Shown here: piece by piece, positions 17,349 to 27,400 of the stretch
How the letters are laid out: each line of letters opens with the position of its first letter
Numbering within the stretch: the first letter of the stretch is position 1
Source of the DNA: an uncultured Candidatus Saccharibacteria bacterium
GTDB lineage: Bacteria; Patescibacteriota; Saccharimonadia; Saccharimonadales; CAZLKQ01
Assembly: GCA_964560175.1 (NCBI GenBank)
Contig: CAZLKQ010000001.1
Coordinates: 1 to 48,749 of the forward strand
Length of the DNA: 48,749 nt
Direction of reading: 5' to 3'
Program-made: the position numbers and the translations under genes
The notes under the pieces: generated by a model
What the model saw: only the letters and a program-made list of their open reading frames with translations
What the model was told of the DNA's origin: nothing
Databases searched by the model: none

Positions 17349-18107
17349 TTATTTTTTGAGGGCGATGTAGCGCAGGGCCGGCATGGCGGCGAGTGCCGTC
17401 AAAACTATCGTTTGCAACAGTTGTAAAACCAGATCAGAGACTACTGACTGGCCCAAAATTGCTCCGAGGATCATAGCTGCGATGCCAGCGGCAATACCAA
17501 AGAGAGCTGTCACCCCGATAATTCCCCAGAGGCCACCTTGCTTAGCCAGCTGTCCGGATCGCTTTAAGGTAGCCATCGGTCCGGTTTTTTCCTCCAAGAT
17601 TACAAAAGGAGCAATCATCAATCGCGGTAACATGACGATCAATGCGATCACTCCGGGAATGACAAACAGCAGGAAAAGCGGTGCCAAAATAATAGCAACC
17701 AGTAAGAAGAACTTTATAAACGGTAGGGAAAACTTCCAGCCTTTCGACAAAGCATCTTCGATAGCTGTTTTTTTGTTTTTAGCGCCCTTGAGCAGCACGA
17801 AACTCTCAGCTGGTGTCAAAATCGCCATTACTACTAACATCAAGAGTCCAAAAACAATTAGTAGGGCAATGTTGCCGCCCGTAAAGAAACTTGTAGGGTC
17901 AATGACCGAAGTCTGATTGTAGAAATTTGGAGCTTGGTCTGGTGGAAAGAGCTTATTTCCTAGAAGGGCTTCAAAGATCGTCGAAATCAAAATAGGTGCA
18001 AAAGCGATAATCAAAAGTGTGGCCATGTTTTTGCGAAAAACCCGAATACTAGGCTTTACCAAGCTAAAAGCGGACGGTGTTGTGGTTTCGCTCATTGTTG
18101 AAACCAT
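17349..18107 (-). CDS. Polytopic membrane protein, unknown function
   Basis: At least 5 hydrophobic helices; start trimmed to ATG 18107 (alternative ATG 18095). Confidence 0.55.
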   Translation of the reverse strand: MVSTMSETTTPSAFSLVKPSIRVFRKNMATLLIIAFAPILISTIFEALLGNKLFPPDQAPNFYNQTSVIDPTSFFTGGNIALLIVFGLLMLVVMAILTPAESFVLLKGAKNKKTAIEDALSKGWKFSLPFIKFFLLVAIILAPLFLLFVIPGVIALIVMLPRLMIAPFVILEEKTGPMATLKRSGQLAKQGGLWGIIGVTALFGIAAGIAAMILGAILGQSVVSDLVLQLLQTIVLTALAAMPALRYIALKK

Positions 18108-18255
18108 TCTGCACCTTCCCCGCAAACAACTCAACACCAATTTTCATTTTTTTTGCGGATAGGAACGTTCCTACCCACATTTGGACAAAACGTTATTCAG
18201 CAATTTTTTGTAACTTAAATTTGTATTATAACCACTAACGTGATATAAGATAGAT

Positions 18256-18312
18256 ATGGTTATTTTAAGACTAAACCACCATCTGCATATTTCGCCGGAG
18301 CAACTCGGGTAA
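18256..18312 (+). CDS. 18-codon micro-ORF (MVILRLNHHLHISPEQLG), a candidate leader peptide or part of a small RNA
   Basis: Starts about 7 nt after a TTGTAT-17-TGaTATAAG promoter (18221-18249). It ends inside the first of two tandem hairpin plus T-run terminators. Confidence 0.25.
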   Translation: MVILRLNHHLHISPEQLG

Positions 18313-18333
18313 TTTTTTTATTGTCAAAAATAC

Positions 18334-18357
18334 AAGCCGGGTTTGCCCGGCTTTTTT
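18334..18357 (+). terminator. Rho-independent terminator
   Basis: aagccggg tttg cccggctt followed by a T run; preceded by a weaker hairpin plus T run at 18293-18320. Confidence 0.7.
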
Positions 18358-18413
18358 AATTCCCAAACTTCTTAAGTTTGGATCTCAATATTTATTTGAA
18401 AGGAAATTTAGAA

Positions 18414-19115
18414 ATGAGTGAATTAATGATCGAATTCAAAACGGGCCCAGTTAATCTGACCGATGAAGCGCTAGTCGCGATTGGCGGATTGTATCAGGTT
18501 TCATTTGCTGGAGAGCCCTGGCGTGAGTCATCTCGATGTGCCGCCCCAAAGCGTAAACTCGGTGTATGTCCTGGGGGTTTCTCACCACTAGAAGTGGGAG
18601 AGATGTGCATTGACTGTGGTTTAAGTCCACTCGTCGAGGCTTATCCCATGGATGAGCTGACCAAAAGTCTGAACAGCCGTTTTGCTGATACCTCGTCCCA
18701 GCTCTATTTAGAAAGCGAAGATTCCGAGCTGCTGTTGGCAGCTATATTTTGGGAGGCCAGACCCAAAAAGATTGCTGGCAGGAAATATGCGGATATGTCA
18801 GAGATGGAAAAATGGCTAATTGATAATCTGCCAGACCAGCCAATTGTCTGGCTGGATGAGATTTTTGCCGATAAACAAAAACGTCCAACTGGGAACCTTT
18901 GGAACTACCAACAAATGATCGAAAAAGTTTTGGAAAAGGCTGGTTCCAAAGTAATTGCTTTTAGGACTATCAACGAAGGCCTGTTGGCTAAAACTAAATC
19001 GGTTTTTCCAAGCAACTCGACGGTGATACCTGGTAAAGACATACCTGATGACAGAGATCGTACGTTTGTCATCATCGATGGTCGGTGGCAGCCTCCAAAA
19101 AAGGAGAATAAATAA
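18414..19115 (+). CDS. Hypothetical protein, possibly GNAT-like, with an inserted 4-Cys cluster
   Basis: Start trimmed to ATG 18414 (AAAGGAAA SD); C-x9-C-x13-C-x2-C (CAAPKRKLGVC...CIDC); WLDEIFADKQKRPTGN is weakly GNAT motif A-like. Confidence 0.45.
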   Translation: MSELMIEFKTGPVNLTDEALVAIGGLYQVSFAGEPWRESSRCAAPKRKLGVCPGGFSPLEVGEMCIDCGLSPLVEAYPMDELTKSLNSRFADTSSQLYLESEDSELLLAAIFWEARPKKIAGRKYADMSEMEKWLIDNLPDQPIVWLDEIFADKQKRPTGNLWNYQQMIEKVLEKAGSKVIAFRTINEGLLAKTKSVFPSNSTVIPGKDIPDDRDRTFVIIDGRWQPPKKENK

Positions 19116-19828
19116 TGACAAAAGTATTAATAATTGGCGGGATGCACGGAAATGAGCCTCTTGGGCCAGCCGTCGTAGGGCTATTTAAAGACATGCCAAT
19201 AAAAAATATTGAAGTAGTACTTGCTAACGAGCAAGCCATTGCCCAAAACTCTCGTTTTATAAAACAGGACCTAAACCGTTCTTTTCCAGGCGAAAAGGAC
19301 AGTGGCGACTATGAGAAACGTAGGGCAGCTGAGTTACTTCGGTTGTGTATAGACTACGATTTGGTAATCGATTTCCATAACACGCATTGTCCCGACAATG
19401 ACTGCGCATTCGTTGGCGAGTCAGCGCCGACAAGTCTGTATGATATCTCGGCCTCATTGGGACTTCATCGCATTATCGTGGCTGATTATGACTGTCTAAA
19501 CAAATTTGCTCCGAATTGCTTATCGATCGAGATCAGTTTGAGTAGCCCACTCAATAATGCACAGTTATGGTACAAAAAAATTTCTCGGCTGGTGACGTCA
19601 GATTCGTTGCCAAAATCAAAGTCGTATGAGAAATATCGTTTTGTTTATCGAATGACGCTCGAAGACAGAGACCGGTTGAATTTAGCTGACAAAAACCTGC
19701 GAGCTTTTCGGCCGCTAGACAAAGAGCTGGTCGAAGCGATGAAAGTCAGCAGCCCAGCCTATCCGATCTTTATAAACGATGCTTACACGCCGTACAACTA
19801 CGGTGGAATACTTTATAAAATCACGTAG
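19115..19828 (+). CDS. Succinylglutamate desuccinylase/aspartoacylase (AstE/AspA, M14-like) family protein
   Basis: IIGGMHGNEPLG and DFHNT zinc-ligand motifs; TAATG overlap with the upstream ORF. Confidence 0.72.
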   Translation: MTKVLIIGGMHGNEPLGPAVVGLFKDMPIKNIEVVLANEQAIAQNSRFIKQDLNRSFPGEKDSGDYEKRRAAELLRLCIDYDLVIDFHNTHCPDNDCAFVGESAPTSLYDISASLGLHRIIVADYDCLNKFAPNCLSIEISLSSPLNNAQLWYKKISRLVTSDSLPKSKSYEKYRFVYRMTLEDRDRLNLADKNLRAFRPLDKELVEAMKVSSPAYPIFINDAYTPYNYGGILYKIT

Positions 19829-19843
19829 AATAGGAGCATAACC

Positions 19844-21112
19844 ATGAAAATTTCAACACAACCCTACAAAGGCACGCGGGATTTTTATCCGGAGGATTAC
19901 GCCCGCCGACAATATATTTTTGATACCTGGTCCAGGGCGATGGAGCGGTTTGGTTACCAGCCCTACGATGGGCCGATTATTGAACCGATCGATCTGTACC
20001 GCAGCAAAACCAGTCAGGAAATTGTCGACCAACAACTCTACAGTTTTGTCGACCGCGGTGATAGGGAAGTCGCCATCCGGCCAGAAATGACACCGACAGT
20101 AGCCCGAATGGTGGCTGCCCGCCGGCAAGAGCTGGCCTATCCGCTGCGCCTGTACTCGATTCCAAATCTCTGGCGTTATGAGCGGCCGCAAAAAGGCCGC
20201 CTTCGCGAACACTGGCAGCTCAACGGGGACATATTCGGTGTCGAATCGATCCAAGCCGAACAAGAACTGATCCTGCTGGCTCATGGCTTGATGTCCGACT
20301 TCGGCGCCCGCGAGGATATGTATAAAATCCGGATCAATTCCCGTAAGTTAATAAACGTTTTGCTCGAAGAGTATTTCACGGTAAATCCGGAGCAAATCAC
20401 CGAGGTTATCCGTTTGATTGACAAAATAGATAAATTGGACAAACGGGCCTTTAAAGACGCTATGAGCGATCTAGTCGGCGAGCGGGCGGATGAGATCATC
20501 GAGATGATCGGCCTGGACAGCCTGGAGGGGTTACCGGACAGCGTGGCTCAATTCGCTGGGCCGCTAAACGAACTAGTCTCATCGCTAACCAAGCAGCAAG
20601 TCGGCAATCTAGAGATAGATCTATCGCTGATGCGCGGTTTTGATTACTACACGGATATAGTCTTCGAAGTTTTCGACACTCATCCCGACAACAGCCGTTC
20701 GATGTTCGGCGGCGGACGCTATGACGGCCTGGTCGGCAAATACGGCGTACACGACTTACCAGCAGCTGGTTTCGCTGCCGGTGATGTGACCATGGCTGAG
20801 TTCTTGACCGGCCACGAGCTGTGGCCAAAAGGTGCGGCTCGTCCCGGAGTCTACCTGGCTGTGGTCGGTGCTGAACACGACAGGGCGCAACTCGTCGCCC
20901 AGCAACTCAGAACGGATGGGTTAATTGCCGAGCTGGATCTTAGTGGACGCAAACTAGACCAGCAAATCAAAGCCGCCGTGGCCAAGGGTTACCGCTACGT
21001 TTTGTTTGTAGGTGAGCAAGAACTACGCCAGAAAAAGTTTGTCCTCAAAGACCTGCAAACCACCAAGAGCCAAACCCTGGAGCTAGATAAAGTTATAAAA
21101 GCCGTGCTATAG
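19844..21112 (+). CDS. hisS: Histidyl-tRNA synthetase
   Basis: Class II motifs (RPEMT, FGGGRYDGL), C-terminal anticodon-binding domain; 422 aa. Confidence 0.93.
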   Translation: MKISTQPYKGTRDFYPEDYARRQYIFDTWSRAMERFGYQPYDGPIIEPIDLYRSKTSQEIVDQQLYSFVDRGDREVAIRPEMTPTVARMVAARRQELAYPLRLYSIPNLWRYERPQKGRLREHWQLNGDIFGVESIQAEQELILLAHGLMSDFGAREDMYKIRINSRKLINVLLEEYFTVNPEQITEVIRLIDKIDKLDKRAFKDAMSDLVGERADEIIEMIGLDSLEGLPDSVAQFAGPLNELVSSLTKQQVGNLEIDLSLMRGFDYYTDIVFEVFDTHPDNSRSMFGGGRYDGLVGKYGVHDLPAAGFAAGDVTMAEFLTGHELWPKGAARPGVYLAVVGAEHDRAQLVAQQLRTDGLIAELDLSGRKLDQQIKAAVAKGYRYVLFVGEQELRQKKFVLKDLQTTKSQTLELDKVIKAVL

Positions 21113-21121
21113 TCCTGCCTG

Positions 21122-22408
21122 ATGAAATTTAGCGAAGGCAAGAACACCCCAACATCCCAACAATTCACGGTTTCGGCTGAGGAATCTGATCTGCTGTCAG
21201 CCAAGCGGGCGGTTTTTAATGAACTGCGTGGGCAGGTCAAAGCTGATGGCTTTCGTCCGGGCAAAGCGCCGGACAACGTCGTCGAGCAAAAACTCGGTAG
21301 CCAAATGGTCCAATCTGAGGTGCTGGGACGTGCCGTTAATCAGTTGTTTGGCCGGGCTGTGGCCGAGCAAAAACTCAATGTTATCGGCCAGCCTGATATC
21401 AAAATCACAAAATACGTGCCGTATTCAGCTTTAGAGTTCACTGCTGAATGCGAAATAGCGCCAACCTTCAAATTGCCAGATTATGAAAAATTCAAAATTG
21501 AGGTGAAACCGCAGGAACCGACTGACAAAGAAGTAGATGATGTTTTGCAAAACATGCGCAGCCGGATGGCTAAAAAAACTGAGGTCACTCGGCCGGCCAA
21601 AGACGGCGATGGATTGTTACTGGATTTTGCTGGACGTGACAACAAAAACCAGCCGCTGGCCGGTGCCAAAGGCGAGGATTTCCCCCTGCAACTGGGCTCC
21701 AAGACCTTTATCCCCGGTTTTGAAGACAAACTAATCGGCCTGAAAAGTGGCGAAGACAAGACCTTTGATCTGACTTTTCCCAAGGATTATCATTCCAAAA
21801 ATCTCCAGTCAGCCAAAGTGACTTTCGATGTCACGGTCAAGAAAGTTTATGAGCTGAAGCAGCCAGAGCTGAATGATGCTTTTGCTGCCAGCGCCAGTCC
21901 TTTTCCTAAACTCAGCGAGCTGAAAGCCGACGTCAAAAAACAACTGGCTAGCGAGCACCAGCAGCAGGCTGAGCGCGAACGCCGCGAGAAATTGATCAAA
22001 ACATTGGTCGAAAAGACCAAGATCGATTTGCCGCCCAAACTTGTGGACCGAGTCAAAGAGGAAATCCACAAAGAATTTTTGCGCAACCTAGAACTGCGAA
22101 GTTTGAGGGAAGAAGACTTTTATAAGAATGAAGGCACAACCAAGGAAAAATATGAAAAGACTGAGTTGCTACCAGCTGCGCAGCGGCGGGTAAAGGCTTC
22201 ATTGATTTTGAGCGAAGTAGCAAGAGTAGAAAATCTCAGCGTTAACCGCGAGGAACTGGAAGAATATTTGAAACTTCTCCAAGGCCGCTACCAAAGCGAT
22301 CCAAAAGCCTTATCAGAGCTCGACAAACCCGAAGTCCGCGAGGATGTCGCCGCCCAGCTGCTGACCGAAAAAACTATCGCCAAACTCCTCAGCTTCATCG
22401 TAAAATAG
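21122..22408 (+). CDS. tig: Trigger factor
   Basis: GFRPGKAP ribosome-binding signature, central FKBP-like PPIase, helical C-terminal domain; 428 aa. Confidence 0.9.
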   Translation: MKFSEGKNTPTSQQFTVSAEESDLLSAKRAVFNELRGQVKADGFRPGKAPDNVVEQKLGSQMVQSEVLGRAVNQLFGRAVAEQKLNVIGQPDIKITKYVPYSALEFTAECEIAPTFKLPDYEKFKIEVKPQEPTDKEVDDVLQNMRSRMAKKTEVTRPAKDGDGLLLDFAGRDNKNQPLAGAKGEDFPLQLGSKTFIPGFEDKLIGLKSGEDKTFDLTFPKDYHSKNLQSAKVTFDVTVKKVYELKQPELNDAFAASASPFPKLSELKADVKKQLASEHQQQAERERREKLIKTLVEKTKIDLPPKLVDRVKEEIHKEFLRNLELRSLREEDFYKNEGTTKEKYEKTELLPAAQRRVKASLILSEVARVENLSVNREELEEYLKLLQGRYQSDPKALSELDKPEVREDVAAQLLTEKTIAKLLSFIVK

Positions 22409-22412
22409 GGCA

Positions 22413-22808
22413 ATGGCCAATTTAATAAAAGGTTTGAGGAGCGAAGTTCTCGAACAAATCGAGGCGAATACCTCACGAGAATGGGGCCATCAATCGGTGC
22501 CAAAGGGAGAACTTGCATACAAAAGCTACATGCATCTTACTAGGAGTGGTCATTTAACTCTTTGTGTCATGGATCTGTTTGATGCAGAAAGTCATACACA
22601 CCATGCAGTCGAGGTTATAGATAACCGCCGCAAAAGTGGCATCCACCGCAGTCTTGCTGCATACGACCCGATATTTTCGACCGAGGGTTCTGAGCTGATT
22701 TTTGAGGTTGCTGACAAAATGACAGTGCCATACGATGGCCGGCCAATGGAGCCGGGCGAACTCGAAGAAATGCTCAAATATATTCAAACTCTCGATCATA
22801 CGGCATAA
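22413..22808 (+). CDS. Hypothetical protein (131 aa)
   Basis: Starts 5 nt after the tig stop; no family recognised. Confidence 0.5.
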   Translation: MANLIKGLRSEVLEQIEANTSREWGHQSVPKGELAYKSYMHLTRSGHLTLCVMDLFDAESHTHHAVEVIDNRRKSGIHRSLAAYDPIFSTEGSELIFEVADKMTVPYDGRPMEPGELEEMLKYIQTLDHTA

Positions 22809-22816
22809 TACTAAGC

Positions 22817-22951
22817 ATGAGAAAGTTACCCGATCCCAAACAAAAAAGACCTAGCGGCCGGCCGATGGCCAATAGCGGCGGCCTAAAGCGCCAAAACAAA
22901 CGCATCCGCAAACAAATCAAAAGTCGCCTTAAAAATAGATCAATAGATTGA
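22817..22951 (+). CDS. 44-aa highly basic micro-ORF
   Basis: MRKLPDPKQKRPSGRPMANSGGLKRQNKRIRKQIKSRLKNRSID has 16 K/R in 44 aa; below the ORF-track cutoff; no clear SD. Confidence 0.25.
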   Translation: MRKLPDPKQKRPSGRPMANSGGLKRQNKRIRKQIKSRLKNRSID

Positions 22952-22976
22952 CAATACAACTAGTACATGGTAATAT
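22948..22976 (+). promoter_or_regulatory. Near-consensus sigma70 promoter
   Basis: TTGACA, 17-nt spacer, TAATAT; the -10 ends 9 nt before ATG 22986. Confidence 0.6.
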
Positions 22977-22985
22977 ATTCATTAT

Positions 22986-23507
22986 ATGACAGATATAGAG
23001 CAAGACTCTTCAAATTGGTTTGAGTTCAATGTTTCCGGCCTAGGCTTCGAAGTAGGTGGCAGAGCTAGCCCAGAGCTGTATAAAACTATTTCCGAATATT
23101 TAGTAGCAATAGCGGATCGAGAACCAGCGAAGGGAGATGAAAGCTCCCGTGTATTTCATCCAAGTTATTCAACGATTGTGGAACTCTCATCCGATGAGCA
23201 AATTACTTTAGTAACCTATAGCAACCTAGAACAATTTCAGCAAAGCTCAGAAAAGTGGCATAAAAGTCCACGCACCTTTGAACGCCTACATAACTCAATG
23301 GCGAGAGCTAAGTCACAACCAACCATGCCGTCCGAATTTCCAAGAATCCTAAGGGTTATTGATCGAAATGGAAAAGAATATAAGGGCTTTCATGTTGAAG
23401 GATTTATCTCAGCAGTCAAGAATGGTTGGCTTTGGGATGTTAGTAATCTAGGGGAAAAGTCAGTACATTTTGCACAGGATTTTACCAAAGAACTTGAAAT
23501 GAACTAG
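22986..23507 (+). CDS. Hypothetical protein (173 aa)
   Basis: Has its own promoter; no family recognised; AT-rich. Confidence 0.55.
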   Translation: MTDIEQDSSNWFEFNVSGLGFEVGGRASPELYKTISEYLVAIADREPAKGDESSRVFHPSYSTIVELSSDEQITLVTYSNLEQFQQSSEKWHKSPRTFERLHNSMARAKSQPTMPSEFPRILRVIDRNGKEYKGFHVEGFISAVKNGWLWDVSNLGEKSVHFAQDFTKELEMN

Positions 23508-23547
23508 CACTCTTGATTGTCGAGTGCCAATACATTAGACTAGTTTC

Positions 23548-24138
23548 ATGACACAGAACAGTTCCATTCTCGTCCCAACAGTTATCGAACAAACCGCCAT
23601 CGGCGAACGCGTCTATGATATTTATTCCCGCTTGCTCAAAGAGCGAATAATTTTCCTCGGTACGGCTATCGACGACACTGTTGCCAATCTAGTCATCGCA
23701 CAGCTACTACATCTGGCTCACGAGGACTCCGCCAAAGACATCAAACTCTATATAAACAGCCCAGGCGGCAGCGTCTACTCTGGACTGGCAGTTCTGGACA
23801 CCATCCAACACATTAAACCCGACGTCTCGACGATCGCTGTCGGCTTTGCGGCCAGCATGGGCGCAGTCCTGCTGGCAGCTGGTGCCAACGGCAAACGCTA
23901 CGCCCTACCGCATGCCAAAATCATGATCCACCAACCCTGGTCTTCTCATCAAGGTACGGCCAGCGACATCGAGATCGATGCCCGGGAAACCATCGAGATC
24001 AAGAGATTGCTCGAAGAGCTTATGGCCAAGTTCACCTCAAAATCTGTCAAACAGGTCAACCGAGACATGGACCGTGACAAGTACATGACCGCCAATCAAG
24101 CGGCTGAGTACAAAATAATCGATAAAGTCATAAAGTAG
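23548..24138 (+). CDS. clpP: ATP-dependent Clp protease proteolytic subunit
   Basis: Catalytic Ser context GFAASMG, HQP His, RDxxM; 196 aa. Confidence 0.95.
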   Translation: MTQNSSILVPTVIEQTAIGERVYDIYSRLLKERIIFLGTAIDDTVANLVIAQLLHLAHEDSAKDIKLYINSPGGSVYSGLAVLDTIQHIKPDVSTIAVGFAASMGAVLLAAGANGKRYALPHAKIMIHQPWSSHQGTASDIEIDARETIEIKRLLEELMAKFTSKSVKQVNRDMDRDKYMTANQAAEYKIIDKVIK

Positions 24139-24148
24139 CTACGCTACG

Positions 24149-24258
24149 CTCCGTTAACTATTCTCCATTTACCATTCTCCGTACATTAACCATTTACCAT
24201 TAACTGTGAATGGACAGTGGAAAACGTATAGAAAACGGTGAACAGTGAATGGATAATG
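24149..24258. repeat. Palindromic heptamer-repeat element of the CCATT/AATGG family
   Basis: ctccatt taccatt ctccgta ... catttac cattaac tgtgaat ggacagt ggaaaac ... gaatgga taatg. Confidence 0.8.
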
Positions 24259-24451
24259 ATTTCTGAGTTGACAGTGAGCGTATAATCCCATAAACTTACA
24301 TTTAAGAAGCAGAAATGAGGGCCCTGTATTCTTTTGGCCAAAAGAATATGGAGCCTTTCATGCGCCTTCCACTAAAAAACAACCAAAGGCATGTAATGGA
24401 CGCACTGCTACCGGCCAGAGTGCGTTTAATCTAGCGAGGACTTTTTACATT

Positions 24452-27400
24452 GTGAGCAAAGGTGTCACACTGCGTAAGCTTTACTCAAAACAAAAACATG
24501 CGGTTCAACTCCCTAATCTCATCGAGCACCAGCTCAGAAGCTGGCAGTGGTTTGTTGATGAAGCGCTGGGCGAAATTTTCGCTGAGATCAACCCGGTTGA
24601 AGACTATACTGGCTCTAAACTCGAGCTGCGTTTTATTGATTACCGTTTTGAAGATCCCAAACTAGCCGAGAACGAAGCCAAAGACAACAACGTTTCTTTT
24701 GAAGTCCCATTAAAAGCTAATATCGAGCTGACCAACAAAGTCACCGGCGAAGTCAAAGTCCAAGAAATTTACCTCGGCGACTATCCGTGGATGACCGACC
24801 GGGGTACTTTTGTTATCAACGGGGCAGAGCGGGTAGTCGTCAGCCAACTGATCCGCAGCCCGGGTGTCACATTCAGCATGGAAACGTCCGGTTCACGCCG
24901 ACTCTACGGCGCCAAAGTCATCCCCAACCGAGGTGCTTGGCTGGAATTTGAAACTGCCAGCAGCGGCGCCATCTTCGTCAAGATCGACCGCCGGCGCAAA
25001 ATCCCAGTCACGACCTTGCTGCGCAGCCTCGGCTATACCAGCAATGAAGATATAAAGAATTTGTTTACCACAGTTGACACTGGCGAGTTCTCTTTTGTAG
25101 ATGCCACCCTGGAAAAGGATCCGTCCAAAGGCCAAAACGACGCGCTGATCGAAGTTTACCGACGCCTCCGACCAGGTGACTTAGCAACTGTCGAAAATGC
25201 CAAGAGCCTGATCGAAAATATGTTCTTTAACTTCAAACGTCTGGACTTCAGCCGGGTTGGCCGCTACAAACTGAATAAACGGCTCGGCCTCGATGTGCCA
25301 AACACTATCGAGAACCGGGTTTTGCGCCTAGAGGATCTGACCGCAATTATTGCTGAAATTGTCCGAATGAATGTCTCACAGGAAGCCGCCGACGATATCG
25401 ATTCCCTGGCCAACCGCCGCGTCAAGCTGGTCGGCGAATTGGTCCAGCGCCAATTCCGCATCGGCTTGCTGCGCATGGAGAGAAATGCCAAAGACCGGAT
25501 GAGTATGTGCGATATCGAAACTGTCACACCGGCCCAGCTGATCAACGCCCGACCAATCGTCGCGGCAGTTCGTGAATTTTTCGCCAGCTCCCAGCTGAGC
25601 CAATTTATGGACCAAGTCAATCCGCTGGCTGAGCTGGCCCACAAACGCCGCCTCAGCTCAATGGGCCCCGGTGGTCTGAGCCGAGAGCGGGCCGGCTTTG
25701 AGGTCCGAGATGTCCACCCGACACACTATGGCCGTATCTGCACAGTCGAAACTCCGGAAGGCGCCAACATCGGCTTGGTGCTCAACCTAGCCCAGCATGC
25801 CCGTATTAATGACTACGGTTTTATCGAGACACCTTACCGCAAGGTCGAAAATTTTCTGCCGCCAGGCAAAGCAGTCGGACGACTAACCAGTGAAGTGGTC
25901 AAGGACGCCAAGGGCAATGTCATTATCAAAAAAGGTGTCAAACTCACCAAAGCCGACACCACGAAACTGGCCAAACTGGGCGTCACACAAGTGCCAGTCA
26001 AAGCCCGGGTTACCGACGAACTAGTCTATCTCGACGCGGCTGATGACCTAAAGGCCGTTATAGCCAATGCCAATTCCCAGGTCGGCGAAGATGGCTACTT
26101 CAAAACCGAACGCGTGGCTGCTCGCAAGAGCCTGACTGACGCTGAAGTCGACGCCGACGAAGTCACTCATATGGATTACTCACACGCCCAAATCATCGGT
26201 GCTGCCGCCGGTCTGATTCCGTTTATCGAAAAAGACTCGCCGGGCCGAACCTTGATCGGTTCCAACCAACAGAAACAAGCCGTGCCACTGATCCGGACCG
26301 AGCGCCCCTATGTCGGTACCGGCATCGAACATCACATTGCCCTCAACAGCGGCCAGTTGCTAGTAGCTGAAGACAACGGCGTGGTCGAAGCGGCTGATGC
26401 CAATTCCGTCACCGTCAAATACAAAAAAGCCGTCCGTACCTATCCGGTTCAGCACTTTATCCGCAGCAATGACGGCACTAGCATCAATCAAAAAGTCGTA
26501 GTCGATCCCGGCGACAAAGTCAGCAAAGGCGACACCCTGGTCGAAGGTATGTCGATCGATGAAGGTGAAATCGCCCTGGGCAAAAATGTCTTGACAGCCT
26601 TTATGCCGTGGGGCGGCTACAACTTCGAAGATGCCATCATCATCTCTGACCGTCTGGTCAAAGACGATACCCTGTCCTCTATTCACATTGTCGACTATTT
26701 ACTCGAAGTCCGCGAAACCAAGCTGGGTCCCGAGATCGTAACGCCAGATATTCCTAATGTTTCCGAGGAGTCACTCCGCCACCTTGATGAGGAAGGCATT
26801 GTCCGGATCGGCGCCGAAGTCCACCCCGGCGACATCTTGGTCGGTAAAATTACGCCCAAAGGCGAGCAAGAGCTGTCCAGCGAGGAACGTTTGCTGAGGG
26901 CAATTTTCGGAGAAAAAGCCAAAGACGTGCGTGACTCGAGTTTGCGCATGCCAAACGGCAAACACGGCAAGGTCGTCGGTATCAAGATCTTTTCCAAAGA
27001 AACCGGCCACGAACTCAAAGCCGGCACACTGCAGCAAATCCAAGTCTTCGTCGCCCAAATGCGCAAGATCGCCGTCGGCGACAAGCTAGCCGGCCGGCAT
27101 GGTAACAAAGGCGTTATAGCCCGCATCTTGCCGATCGAGGACATGCCCTTTATGGAAGACGGCAGCCCGATCGATATCATTTTGAATCCGCTCGGCGTAC
27201 CGTCACGAATGAACATCGGCCAGCTGTTTGAAACATACCTCGGTATGGCAGCCCATGCCCTGGGCGTCCATATAGCCACGCCATCCTTTAACGGATTGTC
27301 AGTTGATACCGTCCGCGGACTGCTCAAAGAAGCTAATCTGCCCGAGGATGGCAAAGTCCAGCTGATCGATGGCCGCAATGGCCAGCCATTTGCCGAGCGC

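Noticed and set aside
17383-17916. 177-aa plus-strand ORF antisense to the membrane protein gene
   Set aside because: The minus-strand frame gives coherent TM helices. The plus-strand translation is an Ala/Ile/Pro-rich mirror with no start context.
20794-20802. ATGGCTGAG inside hisS as a further copy of the rpsJ-start repeat
   Set aside because: Only 9 nt match, the site is in frame inside a conserved gene, and one such match is expected by chance in about 100 kb of two-strand sequence.
24268-24286. TTGACA and TATAAT hexamers upstream of rpoB as a canonical promoter
   Set aside because: The two hexamers are only 7 nt apart, so they cannot act together as -35/-10. Only the -10 is noted as a possible element.
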